NCBI GenBank assembly: GCA_002011125.2
Contig: MTMF02000008.1
Location: forward strand, 32,001-96,000
Source of the DNA: Candidatus Hydrothermarchaeum profundi
GTDB lineage: Archaea > Hydrothermarchaeota > Hydrothermarchaeia > Hydrothermarchaeales > Hydrothermarchaeaceae
Direction of reading: 5' to 3'
Length of the DNA stretch: 64,000 nucleotides
Shown here: positions 18,089 to 28,978 of the stretch, in pieces
Numbering within the stretch: the first letter of the stretch is position 1
How the letters are laid out: the number at the start of each line of letters is the position of its first letter
The notes under the pieces: model-generated
Database searches by the model: none
The model's input: the letters and a program-made list of their open reading frames with translations, nothing else
What the model was told of the DNA's origin: nothing
Program-made: the position numbers and the translations under genes

Positions 18089-19144
18089 TCATGTTAAGAA
18101 ACTTAACATAGTATCAGATATTTTATCTAAGGGAACAACTTTATCCACAGCACCCATCTCAATCGCAGCTTTTGGCATGCCAAATATTACACAGGATGAT
18201 GGATCCTCAGCGATAGTCTTCCCATTTTTTTCCTTAATGGCTAGCATACCTCTAGCGCCATCTATCCCCATCCCAGTCAACAGTACTCCCATAGAATCAG
18301 GGCCATACACCTCAGCCACCGAGGTCATTGTAACGTCTACAGAGGGTCTAACCTTATTCACCTTGGGAGTTTTTGCCAGTCTAATAATACCCCTCTGAAG
18401 GAGGCTGGCATCTTTTTTCTCCACAGTCATGTGATAGTCGCTAGGGGCGACAAAGATCCTTCCGGGTTTAATTTCATCTCCATCTATGGCTTCCTTAACA
18501 GGCAATTCACATACTTCATTTAGTCTCTCAGAAAAAGACTTGGTGAAACCGACGGGCATATGTTGAACTATTAAAAAGCAGGCAGGTACATCTTTTGGAA
18601 TCCTGGAAAGAACCTTCATTACAGCTTTTGGGCCTCCAGTTGAGGCTCCTATCGTTATAACTTTGAATTGTTGAGTGACGAATCTAGGTCCTCGGGTCAC
18701 ATAACTCTTTTTTGATGGCATATACTGTAAACGCTTGACATCCACAGTAGCAGCCATCCTTATTTTGTCGATTAATTCTCCTTGGGTTTCTTCATCAAGT
18801 AAAGTAGCTGTCTTGCCTCCTGTTTTCGATACGAAATCAACTGCCCCAAGTTCAAGGGCTCTGACTACTATATCCGCCTCTCTCTTATCCATAGCACTGA
18901 GCATTACAACAGGAGTAGGAAACTTATTCATAATATGGGCAAGAGTTTCTAGCCCGTCCATCTTAGGCATTTCAATGTCAAGTGTAATGACATCCGGTTT
19001 TAATTCGCTAATTTTTTTTAAGGCATCTTCTCCATCCCTAGCTGTACCCACTACTTCTATGGAGGGGTCCGCTTGGATGGTGTCTGAAATAACTTGCCTC
19101 ATAAATGTAGAATCATCTACAACCAGCACTTTTATTTTTGACAA
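18089..19144 (-). CDS. cheB: Chemotaxis methylesterase CheB
   Basis: Receiver domain plus GASTGGP, QHMP, LTGMGIDG; TTG 19144 start likely. Confidence 0.95.
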   Translation of the reverse strand: MSKIKVLVVDDSTFMRQVISDTIQADPSIEVVGTARDGEDALKKISELKPDVITLDIEMPKMDGLETLAHIMNKFPTPVVMLSAMDKREADIVVRALELGAVDFVSKTGGKTATLLDEETQGELIDKIRMAATVDVKRLQYMPSKKSYVTRGPRFVTQQFKVITIGASTGGPKAVMKVLSRIPKDVPACFLIVQHMPVGFTKSFSERLNEVCELPVKEAIDGDEIKPGRIFVAPSDYHMTVEKKDASLLQRGIIRLAKTPKVNKVRPSVDVTMTSVAEVYGPDSMGVLLTGMGIDGARGMLAIKEKNGKTIAEDPSSCVIFGMPKAAIEMGAVDKVVPLDKISDTMLSFLT

Positions 19145-19154
19145 GTTATACACC

Positions 19155-19520
19155 TTATGGAGCTTCAAGCACTTTTTTAATAGTCTCCATGACCATTACG
19201 GGCTGAAAGGGTTTTACAATATAGTCCCTTGCTCCCGCCTGTAGAGCATCAATCACCATTTGTTGCTGTCCCAGGGCACTACACATTACAATCTTTGCAC
19301 TCGGGTCCTCTGAAATAATCTTTTTAGTAGTTTCTATTCCATCCATACCCGGCATTACAATATCCATAGTTACCAAGTCTGGATGTAGGGCTTTATATTT
19401 TAATATAGCTTCCTCACCACTCCCAGCTTCTCCCACTACTTCATGTCCATTCTTTGTCAAAATATCCTTTAGCATGTTTCTCATGAACGCAGCATCGTCG
19501 ACAATCAAAATTCTAGCCAT
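19155..19520 (-). CDS. cheY: Chemotaxis response regulator CheY
   Basis: ILIVDDAAFMR, DLVTMDIVMP, KPF. Confidence 0.95.
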   Translation of the reverse strand: MARILIVDDAAFMRNMLKDILTKNGHEVVGEAGSGEEAILKYKALHPDLVTMDIVMPGMDGIETTKKIISEDPSAKIVMCSALGQQQMVIDALQAGARDYIVKPFQPVMVMETIKKVLEAP

Positions 19521-19528
19521 TCTATCAC

Positions 19529-20002
19529 CTACTGGATTTCCTTAACTTTTGCAACCTCTTTTGGAGTTAATATTTTTGCTAGGTCTAGGAGAATAATTAG
19601 TCTATCTCCGTATTTCCCAACTCCTTTCAAATATTCAGCCTCTATCTCTGTAGAAATTGATGGAGTCGGATCTATATCCTTCACATTCATCCTTAAGACC
19701 TCTGATACTGAATCGACGATCATGCCTACTACTGTGTTTTCTACTTCTACTATTATTATTCGAGATGATATATCCTCGCCAGACTCCCCTTTAAGGCCAA
19801 GTCTCTTCTTTAAGTCTAATACCGCTGTTATTTGCCCTCGCAGATTTATTACACCCTCTAAAAAAGAAGGTGCTTTAGGTATTCTAGTTATCCTTGTCTT
19901 TTTAATAATCTCTTTCACTTGATTAATCTCAACACCGTACTCCTCCTCATTTAATTTGAAAACCACTAGCTGGATCTCTTCTCCCGTATCCCCATCCATC
20001 AT
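19529..20002 (-). CDS. cheW: CheW coupling protein
   Basis: GVINLRGQI, GMIVDSVSEV. Confidence 0.95.
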   Translation of the reverse strand: MMDGDTGEEIQLVVFKLNEEEYGVEINQVKEIIKKTRITRIPKAPSFLEGVINLRGQITAVLDLKKRLGLKGESGEDISSRIIIVEVENTVVGMIVDSVSEVLRMNVKDIDPTPSISTEIEAEYLKGVGKYGDRLIILLDLAKILTPKEVAKVKEIQ

Positions 20003-21861
20003 TATGCCTCTTTTTCTATCTTAAATTTCCCAACTAACTCGTCAAGTTTAGAAGCTAAGTTAGCTAGTTCTTGAGCGGCCGCGGTCATCTCTTCTACACT
20101 AGCAGTTTGTTCTTCTGCCGCTGCACTACACTCTTCTGATCCTGCGGCTGCTTCCTCGGCCCCTGCCGCTATATCGTCGATAGCTCTAACTACTTTTTCC
20201 GAAGCCATACTCTGTTCTTCAGTAGCGGCGGATATCTCACCTACACGGCTTGTAAGTTCTTCCACAGAGTTTAATATATTCTCTAGGGCCCCTAGTGCCC
20301 TATTCACAACGTCGGCAGCTTCATCTACTTCCCTAGAACTCATATCCATAAATTTCACCGATTCTTCAACGTCCGTCTGGATTTCTCTTATAATCATTCT
20401 TATTTGTTCTGCCGCTTTTCCAGAACCTTCAGCAAGTTTTCTTACTTCCTCTGCTACAACAGCAAACCCCCTCCCATGTTCACCTGCTCTCGCCGCCTCA
20501 ATAGCTGCATTCAAGGCAAGTAAGTTTGTTTGTTCTGCAATATTTGTTATAAGGTCAACGATCTCTACTATTTTCTTGGATCTTTCTCCTAACTCTCTTA
20601 CAGCCGTAGCCGTTTGGTTAACTACTTCTGTGGTTTCTCTCATTTTCTTTATAGCTTGTTTAGCGGCTTCTCCACCTTCTTTCGCATTGGAGTTAGCTTC
20701 TTCAGCAACTTCGGCAGCTGCTTGTGCTCCCTTGGCAATGCTTTGGGCCATTTCTGCGATCTTTTTCATTTCTCTTGAGGCCAGATTCATTTGATTGACT
20801 TGGTCTTGTGCTCCCTGAGCAATTTGCTGGACGCTGGAGGAGATTTCTTGGGCCGAGGCATTCACTTCAGTGCCTGTAGTTGCTAAGTTTTGGGAAGTTG
20901 TTGCAACCGTTTTGGCGGCTGCTTTTACTTCTGCTATTAGGTTTCTCAAACTGGCCACCATAGTGTTGAATCCATTTATCAATTTTCCGATAGCATCGTC
21001 TCTTTCAGCAGTTATCTCGTGGGTAAGGTCTCCTTCTGCTGCATATGTGACAACAGGCAATAAGCGGTTAACTTGCGTTTCGAGATAATTTTTAGTATCT
21101 TCTATCTCCTTTTCTTTCTCCTTTATTTCACGAAGATCTGTGGCAAGCTTTATTACTCCAACACAGTTTCCGCTAGCATCTTTAAGAGGAGAAGTGCTAA
21201 TCTTCACAGGAATCTTTTCGCCATTTTTAGATTTTAATAAGACCTCCCGGGTAAGAGTTTCCGCCTCGCCTCTAATGACCTTAAAAGAAGAGCAGTTCGG
21301 CGTATGGCATGCTGATTCCATCCCGTCATATTCTGTGAATTCGTAGCAATGTTTTCCTATGATTTCCTGTGGAGTAAATCCAAGCAGCTTAGTAGCTGCA
21401 GGGTTCCAGTGGGTTACCACGAGGTCTTTATTTGTTATGTATAGCGCCTCTCCTACGCCCTGCACTATAGAGTTTGTGCTTTCAAGTGAATCAAGAAGTG
21501 ACCACACCATTTTTTTAGTGGCATCAGCTAGAATACCTATTTCATCCGATGATTCTTCGACTTGGATCTCATAGTTTAGATTTCCATTAGCTATCTCCCT
21601 GGCAGCGTTAGTTAGTTGTATTATCTGTCTTGCGATATTTCTTGAAAAGATATAGGCAAGTATTATAACGGCTACTAACCCACCGATATTCAGAAATATG
21701 AAGAGGTCTTTCAGAAATCCGCTTGGGACGAATGTGAATGTAAGGAAGCCAACCAATAAAACAGGAGGTAAAGCTAATACCAAGAATCCTAGAATCAGCT
21801 TGTTTTTGAGTTTCATATTTATAAAAAATTTTTTATAAATTTTCCATGTAATGTCTTCCAT
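20002..21861 (-). CDS. Methyl-accepting chemotaxis protein (2TM-HAMP-PAS-HAMP-MA)
   Basis: Two TM helices with short loop, HAMP, PAS ([10 protein letters not shown]), [34 protein letters not shown]. Confidence 0.95.
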   Translation of the reverse strand: MEDITWKIYKKFFINMKLKNKLILGFLVLALPPVLLVGFLTFTFVPSGFLKDLFIFLNIGGLVAVIILAYIFSRNIARQIIQLTNAAREIANGNLNYEIQVEESSDEIGILADATKKMVWSLLDSLESTNSIVQGVGEALYITNKDLVVTHWNPAATKLLGFTPQEIIGKHCYEFTEYDGMESACHTPNCSSFKVIRGEAETLTREVLLKSKNGEKIPVKISTSPLKDASGNCVGVIKLATDLREIKEKEKEIEDTKNYLETQVNRLLPVVTYAAEGDLTHEITAERDDAIGKLINGFNTMVASLRNLIAEVKAAAKTVATTSQNLATTGTEVNASAQEISSSVQQIAQGAQDQVNQMNLASREMKKIAEMAQSIAKGAQAAAEVAEEANSNAKEGGEAAKQAIKKMRETTEVVNQTATAVRELGERSKKIVEIVDLITNIAEQTNLLALNAAIEAARAGEHGRGFAVVAEEVRKLAEGSGKAAEQIRMIIREIQTDVEESVKFMDMSSREVDEAADVVNRALGALENILNSVEELTSRVGEISAATEEQSMASEKVVRAIDDIAAGAEEAAAGSEECSAAAEEQTASVEEMTAAAQELANLASKLDELVGKFKIEKEA

Positions 21862-21876
21862 ACTATCCTCTCCTAA

Positions 21877-21945
21877 TTAGCCCTTCGTATTTATACCTCT
21901 ATTTAATGTTTTCCAAAAAAAAGACGATTTTTCTTCAGATTTCAT
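21877..21945 (-). CDS. Candidate 22-aa upstream ORF (MKSEEKSSFFWKTLNRGINTKG)
   Basis: Read manually; preceded by AGGAGAGAGGAT; stop abuts the SD of the MCP gene. Confidence 0.3.
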   Translation of the reverse strand: MKSEEKSSFFWKTLNRGINTKG

Positions 21946-22022
21946 ATCCTCTCTCCTAATTTCCCTTCAGGTCCTCCTATTGTATTTTGTTTATATTTTT
22001 GATAATTTATTATATAAATTTC

Positions 22023-22316
22023 TTAAGGTAAAACCCCCAGCCCCAGGATACCCCAAAGGATTACGAGAGCACCGGCAATTCGTATAACTGTCTCAGCCAT
22101 TCCTTTACCGATAAATATAAGCAGTAACCCTACTATTAGGGGTATTATAGTATTTTCATTAGCTATTTCGTGAGTAGAGAAGTATTTCACTCCTCCATAA
22201 CCAACAAAACCAAGGCCAACCAATTTTACAAGAAATCCTACTATCCGAGAGGCTATAAAAATTAAAGCGATTCCTATAATTATCTTGATAATTGAAGATT
22301 CAATAAGGACAACCAT
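22023..22316 (-). CDS. Small membrane protein
   Basis: Four hydrophobic Gly-rich segments. Confidence 0.6.
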   Translation of the reverse strand: MVVLIESSIIKIIIGIALIFIASRIVGFLVKLVGLGFVGYGGVKYFSTHEIANENTIIPLIVGLLLIFIGKGMAETVIRIAGALVILWGILGLGVLP

Positions 22317-22365
22317 TTTAGTAGGGAATATTTATTAAGGTGTATAAAAATACCTTTCGGTCTGT

Positions 22366-23121
22366 ATGATTAAAGGAGTATTCTATATCGAAGCTCAAGG
22401 GAATAATGAGCGGCTTGTGAGAGATTCTATAAAATCCCTAGCAGAAAAGATTCGAAGAGACAAAGATATCAAAGTTGAAAAAGAGGACTTTGGTGAAGTC
22501 ATTGAAGATAACGGAAATTTTTCATCAACTCTAGAAGTTGAGCTTGAGTTCTCTAGCTTCCAGGCATATGTTATTGCCTCTATAAATTATGGGCCGTCAG
22601 CGATTGAAATTTATGAGCCTGAAAATCTTAAATTAAGCTCAAAGGAATTCTTAAAAGCAGTGGGGGAAGTAATTAGAATTTGTAAGACTTTTTACGATAA
22701 ATATAAAGTTAGATTCGAATTTTCAGGAACAGAAGTAAAGGAAGTAGGGCTTACTGATGACGAAATCGAGGAACTAATTGATCAAGGTGGCATAAGAGCG
22801 AAAATTGTTGTAGAAGGAACGGGTAAAAATAGGAGAGAAGCAATTAGGCGCTTTTTAGCCTCGCTTCCTGAGGATGTAGCTGTAAATAAGGTTAAAAGTA
22901 AAAAAGTTGAAAGTGAAACACCCTTCAGCGGTGTTATAGGTATAGATGCTATACTCTATAGCCCTACAACTCTTTTTGATATAGCTGTTAAGTATACTCC
23001 CGTACTAATAAATATAATTGAACCCAGCGAGGTAAAGTTAAGTATACTGGATATTCAAGACATAGGCGTTGAGCTAGCAGGTGTATTTTTTGAGATAGCT
23101 TTCAATCTAGCGAAACCATAA
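22366..23121 (+). CDS. Archaeal conserved hypothetical protein with two-fold internal repeat
   Basis: YGPSAIEIYEPENLKLS / YTPVLINIIEPSEVKLS repeats. Confidence 0.7.
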   Translation: MIKGVFYIEAQGNNERLVRDSIKSLAEKIRRDKDIKVEKEDFGEVIEDNGNFSSTLEVELEFSSFQAYVIASINYGPSAIEIYEPENLKLSSKEFLKAVGEVIRICKTFYDKYKVRFEFSGTEVKEVGLTDDEIEELIDQGGIRAKIVVEGTGKNRREAIRRFLASLPEDVAVNKVKSKKVESETPFSGVIGIDAILYSPTTLFDIAVKYTPVLINIIEPSEVKLSILDIQDIGVELAGVFFEIAFNLAKP

Positions 23122-23131
23122 TAACTCTGGT

Positions 23132-23761
23132 ATGAATTTTTTTAAGCTTATGAGGTTTGACCTTCATATTCACAGCAGATATTCAAAAGACAGCAATCTC
23201 CATCCCAAGGTGATTTTGAACACAGCTAAGTTAAGAGGATTAGATGGCATTGCAGTAACGGATCACAATACGATAAAGGGAGGAGTAGAAGCAAGTAAAA
23301 TAGCGGAAAATATTGAAGTAATAGTAGGCGCTGAAATAAAGACAAATAAGGGCGAGATAATAGGATATTTTTTAAACGAGGAGATAAAATCTAGGAGCTT
23401 CTGGGAGGTAATTGACGAGATGAGATCTCAAGGTGCAATGATCAGCATACCTCACCCCTTCGATTTTTTTAGAATAAACAGATTAAGATTTAACGAAGAA
23501 ATGCTTAAAGCGGTGGATGCTATTGAAGTAATAAATTCCAGATGTGTTTTTGATAAGTTTAACAGAAAAGCATTAGAACTTGCAGAGAAATATGGCCTAA
23601 GAAAGACCGCTGGAAGTGATGCTCATAGCGTAGATGAAATAGGGGCGTCTGGAGTAGTGGCAGATTCCATAAATGATATAATTGAAGGTAGAATAAGTTT
23701 TTTTGGGGGCAGGACCTCTGCTATGGATCTCATATTTACCCGGATTAAAAAAAATAAATGA
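23132..23761 (+). CDS. PHP-domain metal-dependent phosphoesterase
   Basis: DLHIHS, AVTDHN, PHPF, AGSDAH. Confidence 0.9.
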   Translation: MNFFKLMRFDLHIHSRYSKDSNLHPKVILNTAKLRGLDGIAVTDHNTIKGGVEASKIAENIEVIVGAEIKTNKGEIIGYFLNEEIKSRSFWEVIDEMRSQGAMISIPHPFDFFRINRLRFNEEMLKAVDAIEVINSRCVFDKFNRKALELAEKYGLRKTAGSDAHSVDEIGASGVVADSINDIIEGRISFFGGRTSAMDLIFTRIKKNK

Positions 23762-23773
23762 GAGGAAAAAAAT

Positions 23774-24439
23774 ATGGAAGAAAAGAGAAAAGCCGCGGTA
23801 TCAGCAGTTGGTTTAGTAAAAGATGGAGATATAGTAGGTTTAGGCACAGGGTCTACGGCCAGATATGCCATCTTGGAGTTAGGTAAAAAGATCGAGAAGG
23901 AGGAATTGGATATCCTAGGGATACCTACATCAAAAGCTACGGAAGCACTAGCTAAAAAGTGTGGTATTCCATTAACAACCCTCCAAGAATATGAAGTTAT
24001 AGATATAGATATTGACGGGGCTGATCAGGTTGACAGCGATTTAAATTTAATAAAAGGTGGGGGTGGAGCGCATACACGGGAAAAAATCGTGGCATCATGC
24101 TCAAAGAGGTTGGTAATAATAGTCGATGACAGTAAGCTTGTTAAAAAATTGAACATTCCTGTACCAGTAGAGGTACTGCCTTTTTCTTGGAAACCTACGG
24201 CATCTAAAATAAAAGAACTCGGAGCCAACCCAATTATTCGTCAGACTGATGATAATAGAGAATATATTACTGACAACAAAAACTTTATACTCGATTGCGA
24301 TTTTGGATTAATTAAGGACCCAAGAAAGTTGGAAAAGGAGCTCAACGAGGTTATAGGAGTGATTGAAAACGGCATTTTCGCTGGCTTTACTTGTGAAGTC
24401 CATGTAGGGTCCAAAAAAGGAGTGAACATATTAAAATAA
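23774..24439 (+). CDS. rpiA: Ribose-5-phosphate isomerase A
   Basis: GLGTGST, DGADQVD, IKGGGGAHTREK. Confidence 0.96.
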   Translation: MEEKRKAAVSAVGLVKDGDIVGLGTGSTARYAILELGKKIEKEELDILGIPTSKATEALAKKCGIPLTTLQEYEVIDIDIDGADQVDSDLNLIKGGGGAHTREKIVASCSKRLVIIVDDSKLVKKLNIPVPVEVLPFSWKPTASKIKELGANPIIRQTDDNREYITDNKNFILDCDFGLIKDPRKLEKELNEVIGVIENGIFAGFTCEVHVGSKKGVNILK

Positions 24440-24533
24440 GCCGGGGTAACTCAGCCTGGTTAGAGTGCCACGCTCATAGGGATTTCAGGCCTGGGAAACG
24501 TGGAAGCCGCGGGTTCGAAGCCCGTCCCCGGCA
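24440..24533 (+). tRNA. tRNA with CAT anticodon (elongator Met) and 19-nt intron at 37/38 (24479-24497)
   Basis: Acceptor GCCGGGG/CCCCGGC-A, D-stem ACTC/GAGT, anticodon stem CCACG/CGTGG, T-arm GCGGG-TTCGAAG-CCCGT; BHB with helix CUCA/UGGG and bulges UAG and AAA; CCA not encoded. Confidence 0.93.
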
Positions 24534-24745
24534 CTCCTTAGTCATCATATCAAAAATCTACATAGGAGAGTTTGCATCTAAGCTTTTAGGTAATATTCTC
24601 TGCATCTTAAGCGTGTTTTTTCAATTTCAGATCTATGTACTAAGAACCTGTTAATATAAAAGCATAGAAGGGAACAAATAATCATAAATATGGGAGAAGC
24701 TTGATTATCTAATCAGGAGGCAATAATCTGACAGACAACAAAAAA

Positions 24746-27247
24746 GTGAGTGGTAGGATTATACCGTCAGCTACTACAGGTGTTCCAGAAGGGGTAGCAG
24801 GTGCGGTACATATCGAACTGCCCATAGTCAACTTGGAATGTGTCACATGCGTGGCTACGATAGAGAAGTCTCTAAAGAGATTACCTGGCGTAATCGAATG
24901 TAAAGTCAATTTCGTAAACCAGAAGGCATTTGTGGTATATGATCCCGCGAGTATAAATCTAACAGACATAGTAAAAAATATTGAAGCTCTAAGCTATAAG
25001 GTGGGAGGCGCGGAAGTAAGAATTATCATCAAAGATATGAAATGTGCCTCGTGTGTAACTAGAATAGAAGGCGTTTTAAACAGGACAGCGGGTGTGATTT
25101 CGGCAGTAGTAAACCCGGCTACAGGAGAGGCGCTCATACACTATCTCCCAGAAATTACCAATATAAAAAATCTTACCCAAGCAATCGAAACCGTTGGGTA
25201 TCAGACAGTGACTATGCCGAAGGAGGAGCCGGTTGATAGAGAGGCAGAGGCACATGAGAAGGAATATAAAAGCCTCATGAGAAAATTCTACTTTGCTGGC
25301 GTAATTTCTGTTCCCGTCATGATCATAGGCTACCCGAAATTTTTCCCTGTATTAAAAGACATGAACATTGAAATGTTGAGACTTTTATGGGGTATAACAG
25401 GTATTGCCGCATTTTTTGTGCTTTTTTATTCTGGGAACCATTTTTTTAGAGGTGCATGGGGCGCATTTAAGCACCGGGCTGCCGATATGAATACCCTAAT
25501 TGCGATAGGAACAGGTACGGCATGGGTTTACTCTTCCGTTACTATCCTATTCCCAGACATATTTCCCGAAGGGACATCTGAACCTTTTTATGATGTAGTC
25601 GCGGTGGTAATCGCGCTTGTAGTGCTCGGTCAAGCGTTGGAGATAAAGGCAAAGGGCAGGACATCTGAGGCAATCAAGAAGCTCATGGGTATGCAGGCCA
25701 AGACCGCTAGGGTGATAAGAGACGGCCAAGAGGTGGATATTCCGATAGAAGAAGTACTGGTAGGTGATACTATTATTGTGAGACCTGGGGAGAAGATCCC
25801 TGTGGATGGAAATGTGGTTGAGGGCAACTCATCAGTAGATGAGTCAATGATTACAGGTGAGCCCATACCGGTTGAGAAAAGAGAAGGTGACGAGGTTATA
25901 GGAGGCACTATCAATAAAACTGGTTCATTTAAGTTTATAGCTAAAAAAGTGGGAAAGGATACCGCTCTTGCCCAGATAATTAAAATGGTTCAGGATGCTC
26001 AGGGGTCTAAGGCCCCTATCGCAAGGATGGCTGACAGAATATCCTCCTATTTTGTCCCGACAGTTATGATAATCTCCGTCGTCACATTTCTGGTATGGTA
26101 CAATTTTGGTCCTCCCCCGGCTTTGGTTTTTGCGCTTGTGACCGCCGTGACTGTCCTGATTATTGCATGTCCATGTGCACTTGGTCTGGCAACACCGATG
26201 TCGCTTATGATCGGCATTGGTAAAGGCGCGGAGAATGGTATACTCATAAGGAATGGTGAAGCACTGGAGAAAGCACAGGCACTGGATGCAATTGTTCTTG
26301 ATAAGACTGGTACCATTACCTTGGGGAAACCATCCCTTACGGATGTGATCACTCTGGAAGGCTTCAGTGAGGAGGATGTGCTCATGAATGCCGCCGCCGT
26401 TGAGAAAGGTTCAGAACATCCTTTAGGAGAGGCTATAATCGAGGGAGCAAAAGAGAGGGGTATTAGCATTCCTGACTCCAATAAATTTAAAGCCATTCCA
26501 GGGCATGGAGTTCAAGCAGAGGTAATGGGAAAGATAGTGGTACTTGGGAACAAAAAGCTCATGCTCCAGAAGGGAGGTGTTTTATCGCATCTTGAGGAAG
26601 AATCCAAAAAACTTGCAGAAGGTGGCAAGACACCGATGTATCTCATGATAGATGGCAAAGTTGCTGGAATAATTGCCGTCGCCGATACCATCAAAGAGGA
26701 TTCTGTAGGTGCGGTTAAGATTATGAAAGAACTTGGGCTTGAGGTGGTCATGCTTACAGGAGACAATGAGCGTACTGCAAAAGCTATCGCCCGCCAGGTT
26801 GGGATTGAGCGCGTGCTGGCAGAGGTGTTGCCTGAAGATAAAGCTCGTCAGATCCAGCTCTTACAGGCAGAGGGGAAGACTGTCGCAATGGTCGGTGATG
26901 GGATAAATGATGCTCCGGCACTCGCCCAGGCAGATGTAGGCATGGCAATTGGTACAGGTACTGATGTTGCTATAGAGGCATCAGACATTACGTTTATCAA
27001 GGGGAGCCTTAAAAGTGTTTCAACTGCCATCCAAATCTCAAAAGCTACCATGAAAAATATCCGTGAGAATCTCTTTGGTGCATTCTTTTATAACAGTATG
27101 GGGATACCCATAGCGGCAGGGGTTTTATACCCCTTTACCGGCGTGCTGTTATCCCCTCTCATTGCAGGTGCTGCTATGGCCTTCTCGTCTGTCACTGTCG
27201 TTACTAATGCCAATAGGCTTAGGGCATTTAAACCTAAGGAGGCGTGA
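24746..27247 (+). CDS. copA: Copper-translocating P1B-type ATPase
   Basis: Two HMA domains (CVTC, CASC), [25 protein letters not shown]...MAFSS; start may be CTG 24728. Confidence 0.94.
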   Translation: MSGRIIPSATTGVPEGVAGAVHIELPIVNLECVTCVATIEKSLKRLPGVIECKVNFVNQKAFVVYDPASINLTDIVKNIEALSYKVGGAEVRIIIKDMKCASCVTRIEGVLNRTAGVISAVVNPATGEALIHYLPEITNIKNLTQAIETVGYQTVTMPKEEPVDREAEAHEKEYKSLMRKFYFAGVISVPVMIIGYPKFFPVLKDMNIEMLRLLWGITGIAAFFVLFYSGNHFFRGAWGAFKHRAADMNTLIAIGTGTAWVYSSVTILFPDIFPEGTSEPFYDVVAVVIALVVLGQALEIKAKGRTSEAIKKLMGMQAKTARVIRDGQEVDIPIEEVLVGDTIIVRPGEKIPVDGNVVEGNSSVDESMITGEPIPVEKREGDEVIGGTINKTGSFKFIAKKVGKDTALAQIIKMVQDAQGSKAPIARMADRISSYFVPTVMIISVVTFLVWYNFGPPPALVFALVTAVTVLIIACPCALGLATPMSLMIGIGKGAENGILIRNGEALEKAQALDAIVLDKTGTITLGKPSLTDVITLEGFSEEDVLMNAAAVEKGSEHPLGEAIIEGAKERGISIPDSNKFKAIPGHGVQAEVMGKIVVLGNKKLMLQKGGVLSHLEEESKKLAEGGKTPMYLMIDGKVAGIIAVADTIKEDSVGAVKIMKELGLEVVMLTGDNERTAKAIARQVGIERVLAEVLPEDKARQIQLLQAEGKTVAMVGDGINDAPALAQADVGMAIGTGTDVAIEASDITFIKGSLKSVSTAIQISKATMKNIRENLFGAFFYNSMGIPIAAGVLYPFTGVLLSPLIAGAAMAFSSVTVVTNANRLRAFKPKEA

Positions 27248-27248
27248 G

Positions 27249-27617
27249 ATGTCCGCGGTTATCGTAAATCTAGTAGGGATAGGACTCATAATATTCATTA
27301 TATGGTTTTTCTGGTTCCCTAAAAAAGAAGGGGTTAAAGCTACTTTGACCGGTGATGTCCAAGAGGTACAAGTAACTGTCAAAGGAGGCTATAGTCCGGA
27401 TGTTATTGTGGTAAGGGCTGGAAAACCTGTGAGACTGAATTTTCTACGTCAGGAGTCTTCTTCGTGTACAGAGATGGTGGTTTTCGGTGATTTTAACAAG
27501 TCTGCAAAGTTACCGGAGGGAGAAGTTGTTCCTGTAGAATTTACTCCAGAAAAACCCGGTGAGTACGAGTTTCACTGCCAGATGGGTATGATAAGAGGGA
27601 AATTGATAGTAGAATGA
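27249..27617 (+). CDS. Membrane-anchored cupredoxin-domain copper chaperone (CupA-like)
   Basis: TM helix, GGYSPDVI, SSCTE, FHCQMGM; ATG 27249. Confidence 0.85.
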   Translation: MSAVIVNLVGIGLIIFIIWFFWFPKKEGVKATLTGDVQEVQVTVKGGYSPDVIVVRAGKPVRLNFLRQESSSCTEMVVFGDFNKSAKLPEGEVVPVEFTPEKPGEYEFHCQMGMIRGKLIVE

Positions 27618-27918
27618 ATATTCCTGTAACCAAAGGCTTCTTTTAGCTTATGCCTTCGCAACTTATCGCAGTAGTTTTCGGCATTCATCTTTGCAATGCC
27701 GCCATTCTTTGCTCCGTCTATAAGAGTCTTGCTCAGGTCTCTCTAGGTATCAGGTTGGTAGTTTCGTCTCTTGGAAAAAAGGAAATATGAATTTTTTCTT
27801 CATATCTTAAAGCCAGTCTAATTCAAAAGCCCTCCTTTTACAGCGCATTCTATAAGCCGTAGATAAACTAAACTAAAAAAGCTATTAAAGGGGAATTCCT
27901 CATTTTAATAGAGGAAGG

Positions 27919-28734
27919 TTACGCTTTTTTCTTAAAAGGTGTAGGTCTCCATTCAGCTGCTTTTCTTTCACTGTTTTCTTTCCCTACCGGGCAGGAATCG
28001 TGGCAGATAGTGCATTCCGTTAGTGCTCTTTTATCTACTATTCTAAAATACTTCATCGCTTCCTCAGACGGTTTATCAAAAAGTTCTTGAGGGACGATGC
28101 AACGATCAAAATTAACTTTTTTGCCTGGTTCAACTCCGTAGGAATACCCTGGGATTATCGCTTGAGTGGGACATGCCTTAATGCAAATCTCACAGTCTTT
28201 ACAGAGGTCGCCTTCCCCGCCATGTGTAAACTTCCATGGCTCGTCAGGTTCTAGCTTGGCGGTTGTTAATATCCCTACCCATCGTTGGCGGGGACCATAC
28301 TTTGGTGTTAATACCAGAGTCATTTTACCTATGAATCCCAATCCTGCAAGGGTTGCCGCCGCTTTTAGGTGGATCCCCGCATTTGTGGGTACAGCATCAT
28401 AGCCTTTGTCCCACAACCATTTGCAAACTCTCCAGGCACGGGCCTCTACGATTTCATAATACATGTTGTAATAGACACTCCCTTCGACTATATCAAAAGG
28501 TATCTTGTCTGGTGGGATAGCAGAAGCCACTACAGTATTCATTGCTCTGTCCCAAACATGAAATCCTAAGACGATTACGGATTTAACTCCCGGCATAAAT
28601 TCTGATGGTTTTGATAAGCCTCTGTGTGGTGGAAACGGGACTTTCTCCAGCTCTTCTAGGTCAGGAACTCCAAAAAACTCAAACTCATTCTCAAATGCTA
28701 CTTTTCTTAACTCCTCCTTTAAATTAGAAGCCAT
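27919..28734 (-). CDS. QueG/reductive-dehalogenase-like cobalamin and 2x[4Fe-4S] protein
   Basis: KAAATLAGLGFIGK, TPKYGPRQR, CKDCEICIKACP, CTICHDSCPVG. Confidence 0.8.
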   Translation of the reverse strand: MASNLKEELRKVAFENEFEFFGVPDLEELEKVPFPPHRGLSKPSEFMPGVKSVIVLGFHVWDRAMNTVVASAIPPDKIPFDIVEGSVYYNMYYEIVEARAWRVCKWLWDKGYDAVPTNAGIHLKAAATLAGLGFIGKMTLVLTPKYGPRQRWVGILTTAKLEPDEPWKFTHGGEGDLCKDCEICIKACPTQAIIPGYSYGVEPGKKVNFDRCIVPQELFDKPSEEAMKYFRIVDKRALTECTICHDSCPVGKENSERKAAEWRPTPFKKKA

Positions 28735-28978
28735 ATACCAACTTTAATTAGGCTGTGATATTTAAAATTTTCTATTTTAAACCATCTTAAATATACTCTC
28801 TTTTGAAAAAAAGAGTTAATATTAAATATATTATACGTATAGTATCTTAATAAGAATGTAAAATCAAAAAATAAGAAAAATAAATTAAACTTTTCAGACA
28901 TAATCCTACATGTTTTAATGAGCACCTTAAAAAATAATTCATAATTTTCTCCAAAATTATGCTTTCATATGAAACTAA

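Noticed and set aside
27614-27800. Possible membrane-protein gene remnant after the cupredoxin gene
   Set aside because: Too short and interrupted to assign without a search.
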